Source of the DNA: an uncultured Pseudomonadota bacterium | GTDB taxonomy: Bacteria; Babelota; Babeliae; Babelales; RVW-14 | Assembly (NCBI GenBank): GCA_964519365.1 | Contig: CAZFHP010000002.1 | Coordinates: forward strand, 7,527-58,998 | DNA: 51,472 nucleotides | Direction: 5' to 3' | In this document: in pieces, positions 51,165 through 51,472 of the stretch | How positions within the stretch are numbered: the stretch's first letter is position 1 | Layout of the letters: each line of letters starts with the position of its first letter | Position numbers and translations under genes: made by a program | The notes under the pieces: model-generated | Databases searched by the model: none | What the model saw: the letters and a program-made list of their open reading frames with translations, nothing else | What the model was told of the DNA's origin: nothing

Positions 51165-51192
51165 TTGAAATAACAAAAAGAAAAGGTATAAT
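51165..51192 (+). promoter_or_regulatory. Putative rRNA operon promoter TTGAAA-16-TATAAT
   Basis: TTGAAA lies at 51165-51170 and a consensus TATAAT at 51187-51192. This is ~210 nt upstream of the 16S start. Confidence 0.5.
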
Positions 51193-51324
51193 TAACACCA
51201 TCATCAAGGAGCGAGCCACCGAGAAAGAGGCTCTGACACGAAGGGGGAGAGAGAGAAAAGTTTAAAAATTAGAAAATTATGTGTCTTTGAAATGTATAGA
51301 AATTTCGCTAGTAAAGAAAAGAAA

Positions 51325-51377
51325 AGAAATTTTCTGAAAGAAAAGAGATTTTCTGGAAGAAAGAAATTTTCTGAGTG
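51325..51377 (+). repeat. Three tandem ~18-nt repeats (AGARATTTTCTGRAAG) in the rRNA leader
   Basis: The three units are agaaattttctgaaag, agagattttctggaag and agaaattttctgagtg. Confidence 0.6.
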
Positions 51378-51400
51378 TAGTTGACTTCTTAGTCAATTTT

Positions 51401-51472
51401 GATACGGAGAGTTTGATTCTGGCTCAGAATGAACGCTGGCGGCGTGCTTAACACATGCAAGTCGAACGAGAA
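51401..51472 (+). rRNA. rrs: 16S rRNA gene, 5' end (partial, runs off the window)
   Basis: The universal 27F region AGAGTTTGATTCTGGCTCAG is followed by GAATGAACGCTGGCGGCGTGCTTAACACATGCAAGTCGAACG. Confidence 0.97.

Noticed and set aside
1-51472. CRISPR arrays, IS elements/transposases, integrases, reverse transcriptases and prophage structural genes
   Set aside because: No spaced direct-repeat array was seen, and no ORF with DDE, tyrosine- or serine-recombinase or RT motifs was seen on either strand. The accessory regions show no recognisable mobility genes in this window.

Overview
This is a 51.5-kb, AT-rich, tightly packed bacterial chromosome segment that ends in the first ~70 nt of a 16S rRNA gene. 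The gene content (ankyrin-repeat protein, signal-peptide NDK, Hint-type toxins, many toxin-antitoxin (TA) modules) suggests a host-associated bacterium, perhaps an amoeba symbiont of the Dependentiae/TM6 type. That placement is inference only. The window falls into four zones.
(1) 1-25.8 kb is an accessory zone. It holds five TA modules plus an orphan antitoxin: two Gp49/HigB+XRE pairs, one RelE/ParE pair and two MNT+HEPN pairs. It also holds defence-type debris (a DUF4143 fragment, a YhcG nuclease) and gene relics (GNAT, SDR). A drug-resistance-like set sits here too: an APH(9)-like kinase, several GNATs, an ABC-F ATPase, an ABC-2 exporter with duplicated permeases, and an MFS transporter. 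A rarA-CYTH-MazG-hydrolase gene string is also present.
(2) 25.8-39.2 kb is core-like: MutT, a membrane-anchored MutS-related ATPase, two tandem secreted lipase-like paralogues, PBP1A, a methyltransferase, rlmB-like and ftsQ-ftsA-ftsZ.
(3) 39.2-46.3 kb is an island in which every non-immunity protein has a signal peptide. It contains a glycosyltransferase-like protein, two PT-HINT polymorphic toxin cassettes with immunity-like genes, an ankyrin protein with a polybasic tail and an NDK paralogue.
(4) 46.4-51.5 kb holds ndk, rpsA, a PilM/N-like gene, a PfkB kinase and an rRNA promoter/leader.
The best candidate for a novel system is the compact toxin locus (signal peptide, Hint, glycine zipper, variable C-terminus) at 40.4-44.6 kb, which carries a 512-bp gene-conversion tract. 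Secondary candidates are the duplicated GNAT-MNT-HEPN blocks that bracket an ABC-F/hydrolase pair, and a structured uORF-containing leader upstream of the ABC exporter. All family assignments were made by eye from motifs; no searches were run.
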